From Sinorhizobium meliloti (GTDB lineage Bacteria > Pseudomonadota > Alphaproteobacteria > Rhizobiales > Rhizobiaceae), in contig NZ_JAGIOS010000003.1 in NCBI RefSeq assembly GCF_017876815.1, positions 390,001 through 422,000 of the forward strand: a stretch of DNA of 32,000 nt. The letters run 5' to 3'. The position numbers and the translations under genes were made by a program. The notes under the pieces were generated by a model that did not search any database, was not told the DNA's origin, and saw only the letters and a program-made list of their open reading frames with translations. The number at the start of each line of letters is the position of its first letter. The first letter of the stretch is position 1. Positions 17,991 to 25,851 of the stretch are shown piece by piece.

Positions 17991-18970
17991 CGGTCGCCCC
18001 CGTGCTTTCGGTTTCCGGCCTCGCCATCGATTACGAACTCTCGTCCGGCGGACTTTTCCGCAAACGCCGGAGCGTCAATGCCGTCAGCGATGTGAGCTTC
18101 GACCTGGCACCGGGCGAAACGCTTGGTCTTGTAGGCGAATCCGGCTCCGGCAAGACGACCGTCGGCCGTGCGGTGCTCCGCCGCATTCCCGCTGCGCAAG
18201 GCAGGATTGTCTTCGGCGGCGAGGACATTACCCATCTCGGTGGCGAGCCGCTGCGACGCCTGCGTGCGCGCATGCAGATCGTCCTGCAGGATCCCTATAC
18301 GTCGCTCAATCCGCGCATGAAGGTCTCGAGCATCGTAGCGGAACCGCTTATCGTCCACGGCCTCGCCGCTTCCGCAGAGGAGGCGCGTGCCGCCGTTGCC
18401 GAATTGCTGGAGCGCGTGGGACTGCCCGGCGATGCCGCCGACCGCTATCCGCACAGCTTTTCCGGCGGACAGCGCCAGCGGATCGGCATCGCCAGGGCCC
18501 TGGCGCTGAAGCCCGCGCTCATTGTGGCTGACGAGCCTGTCTCCGCCCTCGACGTCTCGGTGCGGGCTCAGGTCGTCAATCTTATGCAGGACCTGCAGCG
18601 CGATCTCGGAATATCCTATCTCTTCATCGCGCATGATCTCGCGATCGTGCGGCACATCTCTCACCGGGTGGCGATCATGTATGCGGGGAGGATCGTCGAG
18701 ATCGCGCCGCGCGACGCCATCTACCAGCGGCCTATCCATCCCTATACAGAGGCATTGCTGTCTGCGGTTCCGGTCGCCAATCCGAAGCTCCAGCGCGCCC
18801 GGAGGCGCATCGTGCCTCCGGGCGAGTCCGTCGATATCGCCAGTCCGCCGACCGGCTGCCGCTTCCATCCGCGCTGCCCGCTTGCGACCGACCGGTGCCG
18901 CGAAGAGGCTCCGCAGCTCCTGCGCAAGACCGGCGATCACTTTGCCGCCTGCTGGAATCGTCACGCATGA
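17987..18970 (+). CDS. ABC transporter ATP-binding protein (DppF/OppF-like)
   Basis: [18 protein letters not shown]..., [41 protein letters not shown]...[21 protein letters not shown] is present. ATGA overlap at 17987-17990. Confidence 0.9.
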   Translation: MTVAPVLSVSGLAIDYELSSGGLFRKRRSVNAVSDVSFDLAPGETLGLVGESGSGKTTVGRAVLRRIPAAQGRIVFGGEDITHLGGEPLRRLRARMQIVLQDPYTSLNPRMKVSSIVAEPLIVHGLAASAEEARAAVAELLERVGLPGDAADRYPHSFSGGQRQRIGIARALALKPALIVADEPVSALDVSVRAQVVNLMQDLQRDLGISYLFIAHDLAIVRHISHRVAIMYAGRIVEIAPRDAIYQRPIHPYTEALLSAVPVANPKLQRARRRIVPPGESVDIASPPTGCRFHPRCPLATDRCREEAPQLLRKTGDHFAACWNRHA

Positions 18971-19695
18971 TGGAATTGTTGATCAGCCCTCAGGGGATAG
19001 CCGCGGCCGTTGCGCTCATTCTTGCCGGCGCGGTTCAGGGTTCCACCGGTTTCGGGTTCAACATGCTCGCAGCGCCGATGCTCGCCATCATCGATCCCGC
19101 CTTCGTACCGGGCCCGATGCTGGCAATGGCGATAGCCGTGAGCGCCGGCGGTACGGTTCGGGAATGGAGCGACGTCAACCGGCAGGACCTTGCCTTCTCC
19201 CTGACCGGACGCCTGCTGGCGGCAGGGGCGGCCGCGTTCTGCCTGCAATTGCTAAGCCCAGATGCCTTCGCGGCCGTATTCGGCTTCGGCGTGCTCTTCG
19301 CCGTGGCGCTCAGCCTTGCGGGGCTGAGGATCGACACGACGCGCAGTTCGCTCTTTCTCGCCGGTGTCCTTTCGGGGTTCATGGGCACCTTGACCTCGAT
19401 CGGGGCTCCGCCAATGGCCATGGTTTATCAGAATACCGGCGGCGCACGCATGCGTGCGACCCTGAACGCCTTCTTCGTCGTCGGTGGCATCATCTCGATC
19501 GGAGCGCTTTTCGTCGCCGGCAGTTTCGGCCTCTCCGATCTCCTTCTTGCCGCCACCATGCTCCCCTTCGCCTTCCTCGGCTTCCTGCTGTCGGGCTGGG
19601 GACGACGACTCGTCGACCGAGGGCATGTGAAAGTCATCGTCCTCATCGTGTCGGCGGCTTCAGCTCTTGTTCTGCTTTTGCGCGCATTTTCATGA
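18967..19695 (+). CDS. TauE/SafE (TSUP, DUF81) family membrane protein
   Basis: [42 protein letters not shown]... The protein is polytopic and Gly/Ala-rich, 242 aa. ATGA overlap with the ATPase stop at 18967-18970. Confidence 0.8.
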   Translation: MMELLISPQGIAAAVALILAGAVQGSTGFGFNMLAAPMLAIIDPAFVPGPMLAMAIAVSAGGTVREWSDVNRQDLAFSLTGRLLAAGAAAFCLQLLSPDAFAAVFGFGVLFAVALSLAGLRIDTTRSSLFLAGVLSGFMGTLTSIGAPPMAMVYQNTGGARMRATLNAFFVVGGIISIGALFVAGSFGLSDLLLAATMLPFAFLGFLLSGWGRRLVDRGHVKVIVLIVSAASALVLLLRAFS

Positions 19696-19702
19696 GGATG
19701 CA

Positions 19703-20461
19703 ATGACAGACGCACCAAGAATTCTCATTACCGGTGCTGGCAGCGGAATCGGCGCCGCAATCGCGCGGCGCATCGCGACGCCCGGCATGCGGCTTTTCTT
19801 GCACACGGGCGCGAATGCGGAAGGACTAAGGACAGTCGCGAAGGAGGTGAGCGCAAGAGGCGCCGAGGTTGCCACGGAACTCGGAGATCTGTCCGATCCG
19901 ACCGTTCCCGGACATCTCGTCCAGGCGGCGCGTGCAGCCTTCGGCGGGCTCGACCAGATCGTTTCGAATGCCGGCCGCGCGCAGCGATCTTCGTTCGGTC
20001 AACTGACGGACGCAGACCTGCAGACCGCGTTCGACATGATGCCGATGGCCTTTTTCCGGCTGGTCGACGCCGCTCTGCCGGACCTGAGAACATCCATGCA
20101 GGGGCGAGTGGTCGCCGTCAGTTCCTTCGTCGCCCACGGCTTTGGAACGAATGGGATGCATTTTCCCGCATCCGGTGCCGCCAAGGCTGCGTTGGAGGCT
20201 CTAGCCAAATCGCTTGCTGCCCAGCTCGCGCCGGTGGGTGTGACGGTAAACTGCGTCGCACCCGGCTTCACGCGCAAGGACACCGGAGGCCATGCCGCGA
20301 CTTCATCAGCAGCAATGGAAAGCGCACGTGCGGTGACACCGAATGGCAGGCTCGGCGAGCCGATCGACGTGGCAGAATTGGTCGCCTTCCTTCTGTCACC
20401 CGGAGCACGCCATATCACAGGGCAGGTCATGCATGTGGACGGCGGACTGCTGCTGGCATAG
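19703..20461 (+). CDS. SDR family oxidoreductase with non-canonical active-site motif
   Basis: [17 protein letters not shown] (TGxxxGxG) and SNAG are present. Where YxxxK is expected the sequence reads [12 protein letters not shown], with no Tyr four residues before the Lys. ATG 19703 lies 7 nt after the TauE stop. Confidence 0.85.
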   Translation: MTDAPRILITGAGSGIGAAIARRIATPGMRLFLHTGANAEGLRTVAKEVSARGAEVATELGDLSDPTVPGHLVQAARAAFGGLDQIVSNAGRAQRSSFGQLTDADLQTAFDMMPMAFFRLVDAALPDLRTSMQGRVVAVSSFVAHGFGTNGMHFPASGAAKAALEALAKSLAAQLAPVGVTVNCVAPGFTRKDTGGHAATSSAAMESARAVTPNGRLGEPIDVAELVAFLLSPGARHITGQVMHVDGGLLLA

Positions 20462-20599
20462 CCGGCGTTGACGGTCTCAACATCAGATGAATACCGGGCT
20501 TCTCGCAGTCGCGGTCGCTCATCGCAATCGATCCGACCCGCAATCTCCCACGCCGTCAAAACGTCGGAGAGTGACATTCTTACTTTGCAGAATCAGGAC

Positions 20600-20925
20600 A
20601 CTTTAGATTCGCGTTTTGACAACCGGCCGACCCTCCGATCGGACGACCGACGGCCTTCAGGCACAGATCCTGGAACTCCTGCGGGACCTACAGCGCGAGA
20701 CCGGCATGGCTCAGATCATGATCACCCATGATCTCGAGGTCGCCGCGGCCATGGCGGATGATCGGATCATCGTACTGAACGGCGGCAAGGTGGTGGAGAG
20801 CGGCAAGGCCGAGGACGTCTTTACCAATCCGAGCCACGCCTATACCCGCCGGCTGATGTCGGCCGTGCCCCATGCCGACGCGCCGAAAGCGCCTCGGAAT
20901 GCCGCACAAGGCGAGGTCCTGTTAG
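20600..20925 (+). pseudogene. 5'-truncated fragment of an oligopeptide-type ABC ATPase (end of a first nucleotide-binding domain plus linker)
   Basis: Track ORF 20616-20990 reads ...[90 protein letters not shown]. There is no Walker A or signature motif upstream. The Walker B region (about 20620-20660) is recognisable only with indels. Confidence 0.6.
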
Positions 20926-21081
20926 CATGCGTGCAATGCTGGATTTGCCCGAACCGGACTCGCCGACGATTTCCCCACGACGAAGCGTGAAACTGACATC
21001 GTCCACGGCCCTGAACTCCCGCTTGGGCGAGAACGGGCCGGACCCCAGCTTGTAATGCTTGCTCAAATGGGCGACCTGCAA
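20926..21081 (-). pseudogene. inverted fragment encoding the N-terminus and Walker A of an ABC ATPase domain
   Basis: The minus strand reads [53 protein letters not shown]. Homology is then lost exactly where the plus-strand fragment ends. Confidence 0.6.
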
Positions 21082-21099
21082 CGACTTGCTCGAAGCTCA

Positions 21100-21404
21100 A
21101 TACGCTCTGTTGCCGCAATCACGGCCGATGCTTGCGCAAACGGGCCCAAACATCCGATCGATGTAGCACAACACTCAAGTGAGTGTCCTTAAGGCGGCGG
21201 TCCACGTCAACGAGGAGATCGTCAGCGCTGCACGTCGTCTGCTTTTCCGAAAGCGGCCGGCCTGACCGGATTGCCGGAACTCGAGAGCTTGTCATCCCGA
21301 GGACGCCTTATCTTGCAGCCTACATGATGCTGGCAGATATGATTCGGATTCTGCGTGTCCTACATGGCGCCCAGATGTCGCCCAGCGAGTTCGAAGACGA
21401 GTAG
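21100..21404 (+). pseudogene. frameshifted, probably 5'-truncated ParE/RelE-family toxin remnant
   Basis: The C-terminal frame reads SGRPDRIAGTRELVIPRTPYLAAYMMLADMIRILRVLHGAQMSP, a ParE-type tail. The preceding segments KAAVHVNEEIVSAARRLL and PIDVAQHSSECP lie in two other frames. No antitoxin ORF lies upstream. Confidence 0.45.
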
Positions 21405-21674
21405 AAGCGGCTCCACTTCCTACTTCGTGGATCCCTGCTGCAATTCCCTGAGCACGCCGATGACGCCGACCGGCTTGTCGCAGATTTCGGGGTGGGCTTG
21501 CCCTGATCTCGGCGTTGCCAACGCGCAGCGAGTATACTCGAATAGCTCGGCGATTTTGGCAAGTAATGGGCCGCCGCTCGACGTTTCCGCAGACAGAGCT
21601 ATCTACCTCCTGAAAAGCGGGACGCTTTTGTCCGTACCCGCGCGACGTGGCTTTTGATCGGAGGGAGGACCGAC

Positions 21675-22895
21675 ATGCTGTTCCGTCCTGGAGCTCTCGT
21701 TGCAGCGACCATGCTCTTTGGGTTGCCGGCCTCTGCTGAGGAGATTGTACGGATATCCGGCTGGGGTGGGTCCGAGGTCGCCATTGTCAACGGGCTATTG
21801 ACGAACGTTCTTGCCGAAAAGCTCGCGGAAGAGGGAATCAGGGTAAAGTACGAGCCTGTTGATGGCGACTATTCGCAATTCATCATCAACGGCCTGTCGG
21901 CGGGCACCGCTCCAGACCTTTTTTACGTCGACACCTTTTGGGCGCGGTCGGTATTCAGCGCCGGTCAAGCCGCACCGGTAACAAACGACGTTTCTGGTTT
22001 TGCAGCCAATCTGCTGACGGCCTTCACCTACGATGGGAAGCTTTACTCAACCCCCAAAGACTTCAATACGCTGGCCATACATTTCAACAAGGACATTTTC
22101 GATGATGCGGGCGTCGGCTATCCGAGCGACGACGACACGTGGACGACGCTGCAAGAGAAATTGGTGGCCGTGAACAAGTCGCTTCCGGAGGTCGATGGTC
22201 TCTGTGTTGTGCCGGAATATGCCCGGTTCGGCGCCTTTGCGTTGTCGACCGGCTGGTCGCCCTTTGATGCTCGGGGAAAAACCGTACTGGATAAGCGCTT
22301 TCGTCGGGCATTCGATTTCTATACCGGCCTCGTGAAGTCCGGGGCCGCCGTTATGGCCGCCGACGCGGGGCACAGCTGGACTGGCGGTTGCTTGGCGTCG
22401 GAGCGGGCTGCCGTAGCGATAGAGGGTGCTTGGATCCTCAGCGCGTTGCGCGATAGTGCTCCAAACATGAATCTCGGCACTGTCCGGATGCCGAAAGACC
22501 CAGAAAGCAGCAAACGAGGCAATATCGTCTTCTCCGTCGGCTGGACCGTCAACGCGGCCTCGAAGGTCAGTAAGGCTGCTGCAAAAGTCGCCGAGCTTCT
22601 AACTACCGAGGAGGCCCAGCAATGGGTTTTGGAGCAGGGGCTGGCCCTCCCGAGCCGGACTAGTCTGAATGACAACCCGTGGCTGCGCGGCGGCCAGCCT
22701 GAACAGATCGCAAGCCGAGTGGTCCTTGAAGGCCTCTCGGACGATCACGTTATGCCGTATTTTTTTGGAGACGTCGGAGGGAGTTGGATGCAGCCGATCA
22801 ATGCTGCGCTCAATTCTGTCATCCTCGGGGAGGAGGATGCGAACACAGCTTTGCTATCGGCACAAAGCGCCTTTGACCGGATGCTCGCCAAGTAA
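21675..22895 (+). CDS. ABC transporter substrate-binding protein, family 1 (carbohydrate type)
   Basis: The signal peptide is MLFRPGALVAATMLFGLPASAEE. GGAGGGAGG lies upstream of ATG 21675. Typical sugar-binding-protein blocks are present (DLFYVD, YSTPKDFNTLAIHFNKDIF). Confidence 0.85.
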   Translation: MLFRPGALVAATMLFGLPASAEEIVRISGWGGSEVAIVNGLLTNVLAEKLAEEGIRVKYEPVDGDYSQFIINGLSAGTAPDLFYVDTFWARSVFSAGQAAPVTNDVSGFAANLLTAFTYDGKLYSTPKDFNTLAIHFNKDIFDDAGVGYPSDDDTWTTLQEKLVAVNKSLPEVDGLCVVPEYARFGAFALSTGWSPFDARGKTVLDKRFRRAFDFYTGLVKSGAAVMAADAGHSWTGGCLASERAAVAIEGAWILSALRDSAPNMNLGTVRMPKDPESSKRGNIVFSVGWTVNAASKVSKAAAKVAELLTTEEAQQWVLEQGLALPSRTSLNDNPWLRGGQPEQIASRVVLEGLSDDHVMPYFFGDVGGSWMQPINAALNSVILGEEDANTALLSAQSAFDRMLAK

Positions 22896-22958
22896 GTTTC
22901 TCTCGGGCTAGCAACGGTTAGAGAACGCACGAAGCAGGCGCCCGCGGGAGGAGCATGC

Positions 22959-24047
22959 ATGTCACGAGCAAGGTCAGAAGAGAGGAGCGGCTGGCTCTTC
23001 GTACTGCCTTTTACGATCTCGATGATGCTGTTTTTTGCCTACGCGATTGTTCGGACAGCTTACTACAGCTTTACCGATTTCGACTTGTTCAAGGCTCCAA
23101 GCTTTGTCGGGATGTCCAATTACACTGCATTGGTCTCCGACGAACTTTTCCTCCTCGCCTTGCGCAACACTATCGGCTTCTCGCTCATCGTCACAACGAC
23201 CCAGACTGTGCTCGCACTTGGTCTGGCAGTTCTCGTGAACCATGCCGTCCGGGCGAGGGGACTCATTCGGACGGTGTTTTACCTGCCATCGATCATGTCC
23301 AGTGCGGCCATGACGCTTATCTTCCTGTGGCTCTTCCAGAGAAATGGCTTCATGACCGCGATCGCCAGCGTCGTGCTTGCTTATCGCCAGCACATCCTTT
23401 TGTTCCTCGTGGGCATGGCTGCTCTGCAGGGCGCGCTCGTTCTCAACGCACGACGCAGCTACGAAGGCATTTCGATCTTCGATCCGTTCTTCCTGCTCGT
23501 CGCCGCCGTCGGCGCGCTGGCGCTTGCTGCTTCCTGTGCCCTCGCGGGATTGCTGTCTGTTTTCGACAATAATCTCCTTATTTCCTGGCTAAATACGCAG
23601 CGCCATTTCCTTTTCATGCCGGTCACGCTGTGGTCCGTGGCGTTAATGAACGTTTTTACGACGGTCCCGACGCTGATGCTGTTGTTCCTGGCAGGCCTGC
23701 AGTCGATCCCGAGCAGCTTATACGACGCGGCCGAGGTCGACGGAGCCAACGCTTTCCAGCGATTTCGCCACATAACCGTGCCGGCGCTCAGGCCGGTGAC
23801 CTTTGCCGTCGTGACGATGGGCGTCATTGGTACCCTACAAATGTTCGACCAGGTCGCAATTCTAGGAGATGCGGCTCCCCTCGCAAGTCGGGTAACGCTT
23901 GCCTACTACGTTTATGAGAACGCCTTTCCGGCAGGCGCCTCTTCGAGAATCGGTCTGGCAAGTGCTGCGGCCCTGGTCCTTGGCATTCTTACAATCGCAG
24001 CCGTCTACGTGCAAAAATCGGTCGGCGTGAAGGAAAAGGGCGAATGA
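22959..24047 (+). CDS. carbohydrate ABC transporter permease (MalF/UgpA-like) with an extra hydrophobic insertion
   Basis: WLFVLPFTISMMLFFAYAIVRTAYYSFTDFD..., then the EAA-loop region LYDAAEVDGANAFQRFRHITVPALRP. GGGAGGAG lies 5 nt upstream. At 362 aa it is longer than the usual ~290-310 aa. Confidence 0.85.
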   Translation: MSRARSEERSGWLFVLPFTISMMLFFAYAIVRTAYYSFTDFDLFKAPSFVGMSNYTALVSDELFLLALRNTIGFSLIVTTTQTVLALGLAVLVNHAVRARGLIRTVFYLPSIMSSAAMTLIFLWLFQRNGFMTAIASVVLAYRQHILLFLVGMAALQGALVLNARRSYEGISIFDPFFLLVAAVGALALAASCALAGLLSVFDNNLLISWLNTQRHFLFMPVTLWSVALMNVFTTVPTLMLLFLAGLQSIPSSLYDAAEVDGANAFQRFRHITVPALRPVTFAVVTMGVIGTLQMFDQVAILGDAAPLASRVTLAYYVYENAFPAGASSRIGLASAAALVLGILTIAAVYVQKSVGVKEKGE

Positions 24048-25444
24048 TGGCGAGCATGCCGGCTGCGGAAGTCTCGCCCTCGCGCCGCCGTTTGCCGGCT
24101 GGCGCGCTTCGTCGGCGGCAGCTTGCAGCGAGCGCCTGGGTATATCTGGCCTTTCTCGCCGTTGCGACCATCATGGCGGGGACATTCGTTCTCGCCTTTA
24201 TAGCGAGCTTGAAGGTCGACCCACTCGAGAGACCGTTCCGCATCTATTTCGATCAGCTCAATCCGGCCGCATGGGTCGCCGCCGCTCGCTTGGGACGGGA
24301 AGGTGCGGGTGACGCTTTGTGGGGAGGGCTTGCTCCTGGCGCCAACGTTCACTTCAGTGTGACGTACGCGGCACCCGCCGATGCTAGGATTGTTGAACCC
24401 AGAGCCGAGATTCCCCGCCGCCGCCCGGGTTCGGGCATCGCCGCTGCGCTCATGCGGCATTATGCGGCGGATTATGCGTCAATTGCATTGAGAAGCTCCA
24501 GTTCGGCAACAAAGCAGGCTCGTGACAAGAGGGGAATTCGGCAGGGTTGGCAGGCGCGGACATTCGTCTATGAGATCACCTACCGCTCCGACCGCCATAA
24601 TGGCCCCTGGATCGAACGTACGCCCGTCAATCTTACCGCTCCGACCTCTCAAACGCTTATCGACAGTCCGATTTCGCCATCGCGATCCGAGCGTCGCGGA
24701 CGTTTGCTGAGCTGGGATAACATCACACCAGGCGCTCTCGGGTTGATCTTCAACAACTACCGGAGGGTCATAAGCGAGACGGCTGACCTGCAGACTGGGA
24801 AGAGCCTGATTGGAAGCTGGCTGGGCAATAGTCTTGCGATCGCCACTGGGCGCCTGGTCCTGACGCTCGTCGTCGCCAGCCTTGCGGGGTATGCGCTCGC
24901 GCGGCTGAAGTTCAGAGGCAGCCGCTTACTGTTCGCTGCAGCACTCTTCTCCATGACGATTCCGGCGCAAGTGACCTTCGCGTCAAACTATCTGATTTTC
25001 AGGGATCTGTCGCTTCTGAACACACCCTGGAGCGTAATCGTCGTTTTCGTCGCCTCAGCCAACGTCCTCTTGATGAAACAGTTTTTCGAGGGGTTTCCAA
25101 GAGAGATAGAGGAAGCTGCAATCGTCGACGGCGCAAACCGTTTTCAAGTGTTCTGCAAGATCGTTCTGCCAAACGCCAAACCGGCCTTGTTGGTCAACGC
25201 GATTCTCGCGTTTCAAGGCGCCTGGAACGACTTCTTTTGGCCCCTCGTCCTCATCACCAGCCCACCTGAAGCGCTGACGATCCAAGTCGGGCTTCTCAGC
25301 CTACGTCGTTCGTTCGGGGGGGTGCAGGGTGATTGGGGACTCGTTTTGGCAGGTGCGTTCATCTCGATCGTGCCAGTCGTTATCCTTTTCGTGCTCTTCC
25401 AGCGCCACATTGTCTCCACTGAGTTCGCCAAGGGCACCACATAG
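24044..25444 (+). CDS. carbohydrate ABC transporter permease (MalG/UgpE-like) with a ~190-residue insertion after TM1
   Basis: The C-terminal 220 aa are a typical MalG-type core (EEAAIVDGANRFQVFCKIVLPNAKPAL). TM1 (WVYLAFLAVATIMAGTFVLAFIA) is followed by a long non-hydrophobic segment. ATGA overlap at 24044-24047. Confidence 0.85.
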   Translation: MMASMPAAEVSPSRRRLPAGALRRRQLAASAWVYLAFLAVATIMAGTFVLAFIASLKVDPLERPFRIYFDQLNPAAWVAAARLGREGAGDALWGGLAPGANVHFSVTYAAPADARIVEPRAEIPRRRPGSGIAAALMRHYAADYASIALRSSSSATKQARDKRGIRQGWQARTFVYEITYRSDRHNGPWIERTPVNLTAPTSQTLIDSPISPSRSERRGRLLSWDNITPGALGLIFNNYRRVISETADLQTGKSLIGSWLGNSLAIATGRLVLTLVVASLAGYALARLKFRGSRLLFAAALFSMTIPAQVTFASNYLIFRDLSLLNTPWSVIVVFVASANVLLMKQFFEGFPREIEEAAIVDGANRFQVFCKIVLPNAKPALLVNAILAFQGAWNDFFWPLVLITSPPEALTIQVGLLSLRRSFGGVQGDWGLVLAGAFISIVPVVILFVLFQRHIVSTEFAKGTT

Positions 25445-25501
25445 CAATGCCACCCAAAGCCGTCCATTGTGAGTGCCGGAGTGCGGATTGCTGATCAATG
25501 C

Positions 25502-25717
25502 TTATCCATAGCGCAGTGCTTCCAACGGCGACTTGTGCGATGCGCGGATTGCCGAGTAAAGGCCAAAACGAGGCCGACCCGTGCCGAGAACGGAGAGCAA
25601 GCAGAACCGCGCAGCCGAAAGCTCGACCCACATTCCGAGCTGCTGTTCGGCAAAGATTGCCCCGCCGAAGCCGATCGCGGCACCTACATTCCACTCCTCC
25701 CGTTTGCACGCTTTCAA
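25502..25717 (-). pseudogene. C-terminal remnant of a FtsX/MacB-type ABC permease
   Basis: The minus-strand ORF ends ...GAAIGFGGAIFAEQQLGMWVELSAARFCLLSVLGTGRPRFGLYSAIRASHKSPLEALRYG. This resembles the conserved FG-x-YPA-x-(K/R)A-x-x-x-P-x-EALRYE tail. A stop lies immediately upstream and there is no N-terminal part. Confidence 0.4.
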
Positions 25718-25851
25718 ATGTCACAGCGCCAGCTCCCTTTCCCGCTTGCGCTCGAGTGTGCCCCATGTGTTGGGTTGAAGCGCGATGGTCGTGCGGGGAA
25801 CTTGCGATTCCCGCCTGCGTTGTTCGTCAGTCAACGGAAGGAGGGCCTTGG

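Noticed and set aside
16824-18964. Two long minus-strand ORFs (363 aa and 350 aa) and plus-strand ORF 16407-17003
   Set aside because: They are antisense to, or out of frame with, the two ABC ATPase genes, which have complete Walker A, signature and Walker B motifs.
18522-19706. 394 aa plus-strand ORF
   Set aside because: It is an alternative frame spanning the end of the second ATPase and all of the TauE gene. The translation is Arg/Ser/Pro-rich, and both overlapped genes are well supported.
20616-20990. 124 aa ORF taken as an intact small ATP-binding protein
   Set aside because: It lacks Walker A, the Q-loop and the signature motif. It begins inside a degenerate Walker B, and its last ~20 codons are read-through of the inverted fragment. 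I treat it as a pseudogene fragment.
25498-25851. N-terminal 118 codons of the 178 aa ORF ending at 26034
   Set aside because: The translation is Cys/Arg/Pro-rich nonsense overlapping the permease remnant on the other strand. A strong RBS precedes the internal ATG at 25852, which starts the DUF3606 sequence.
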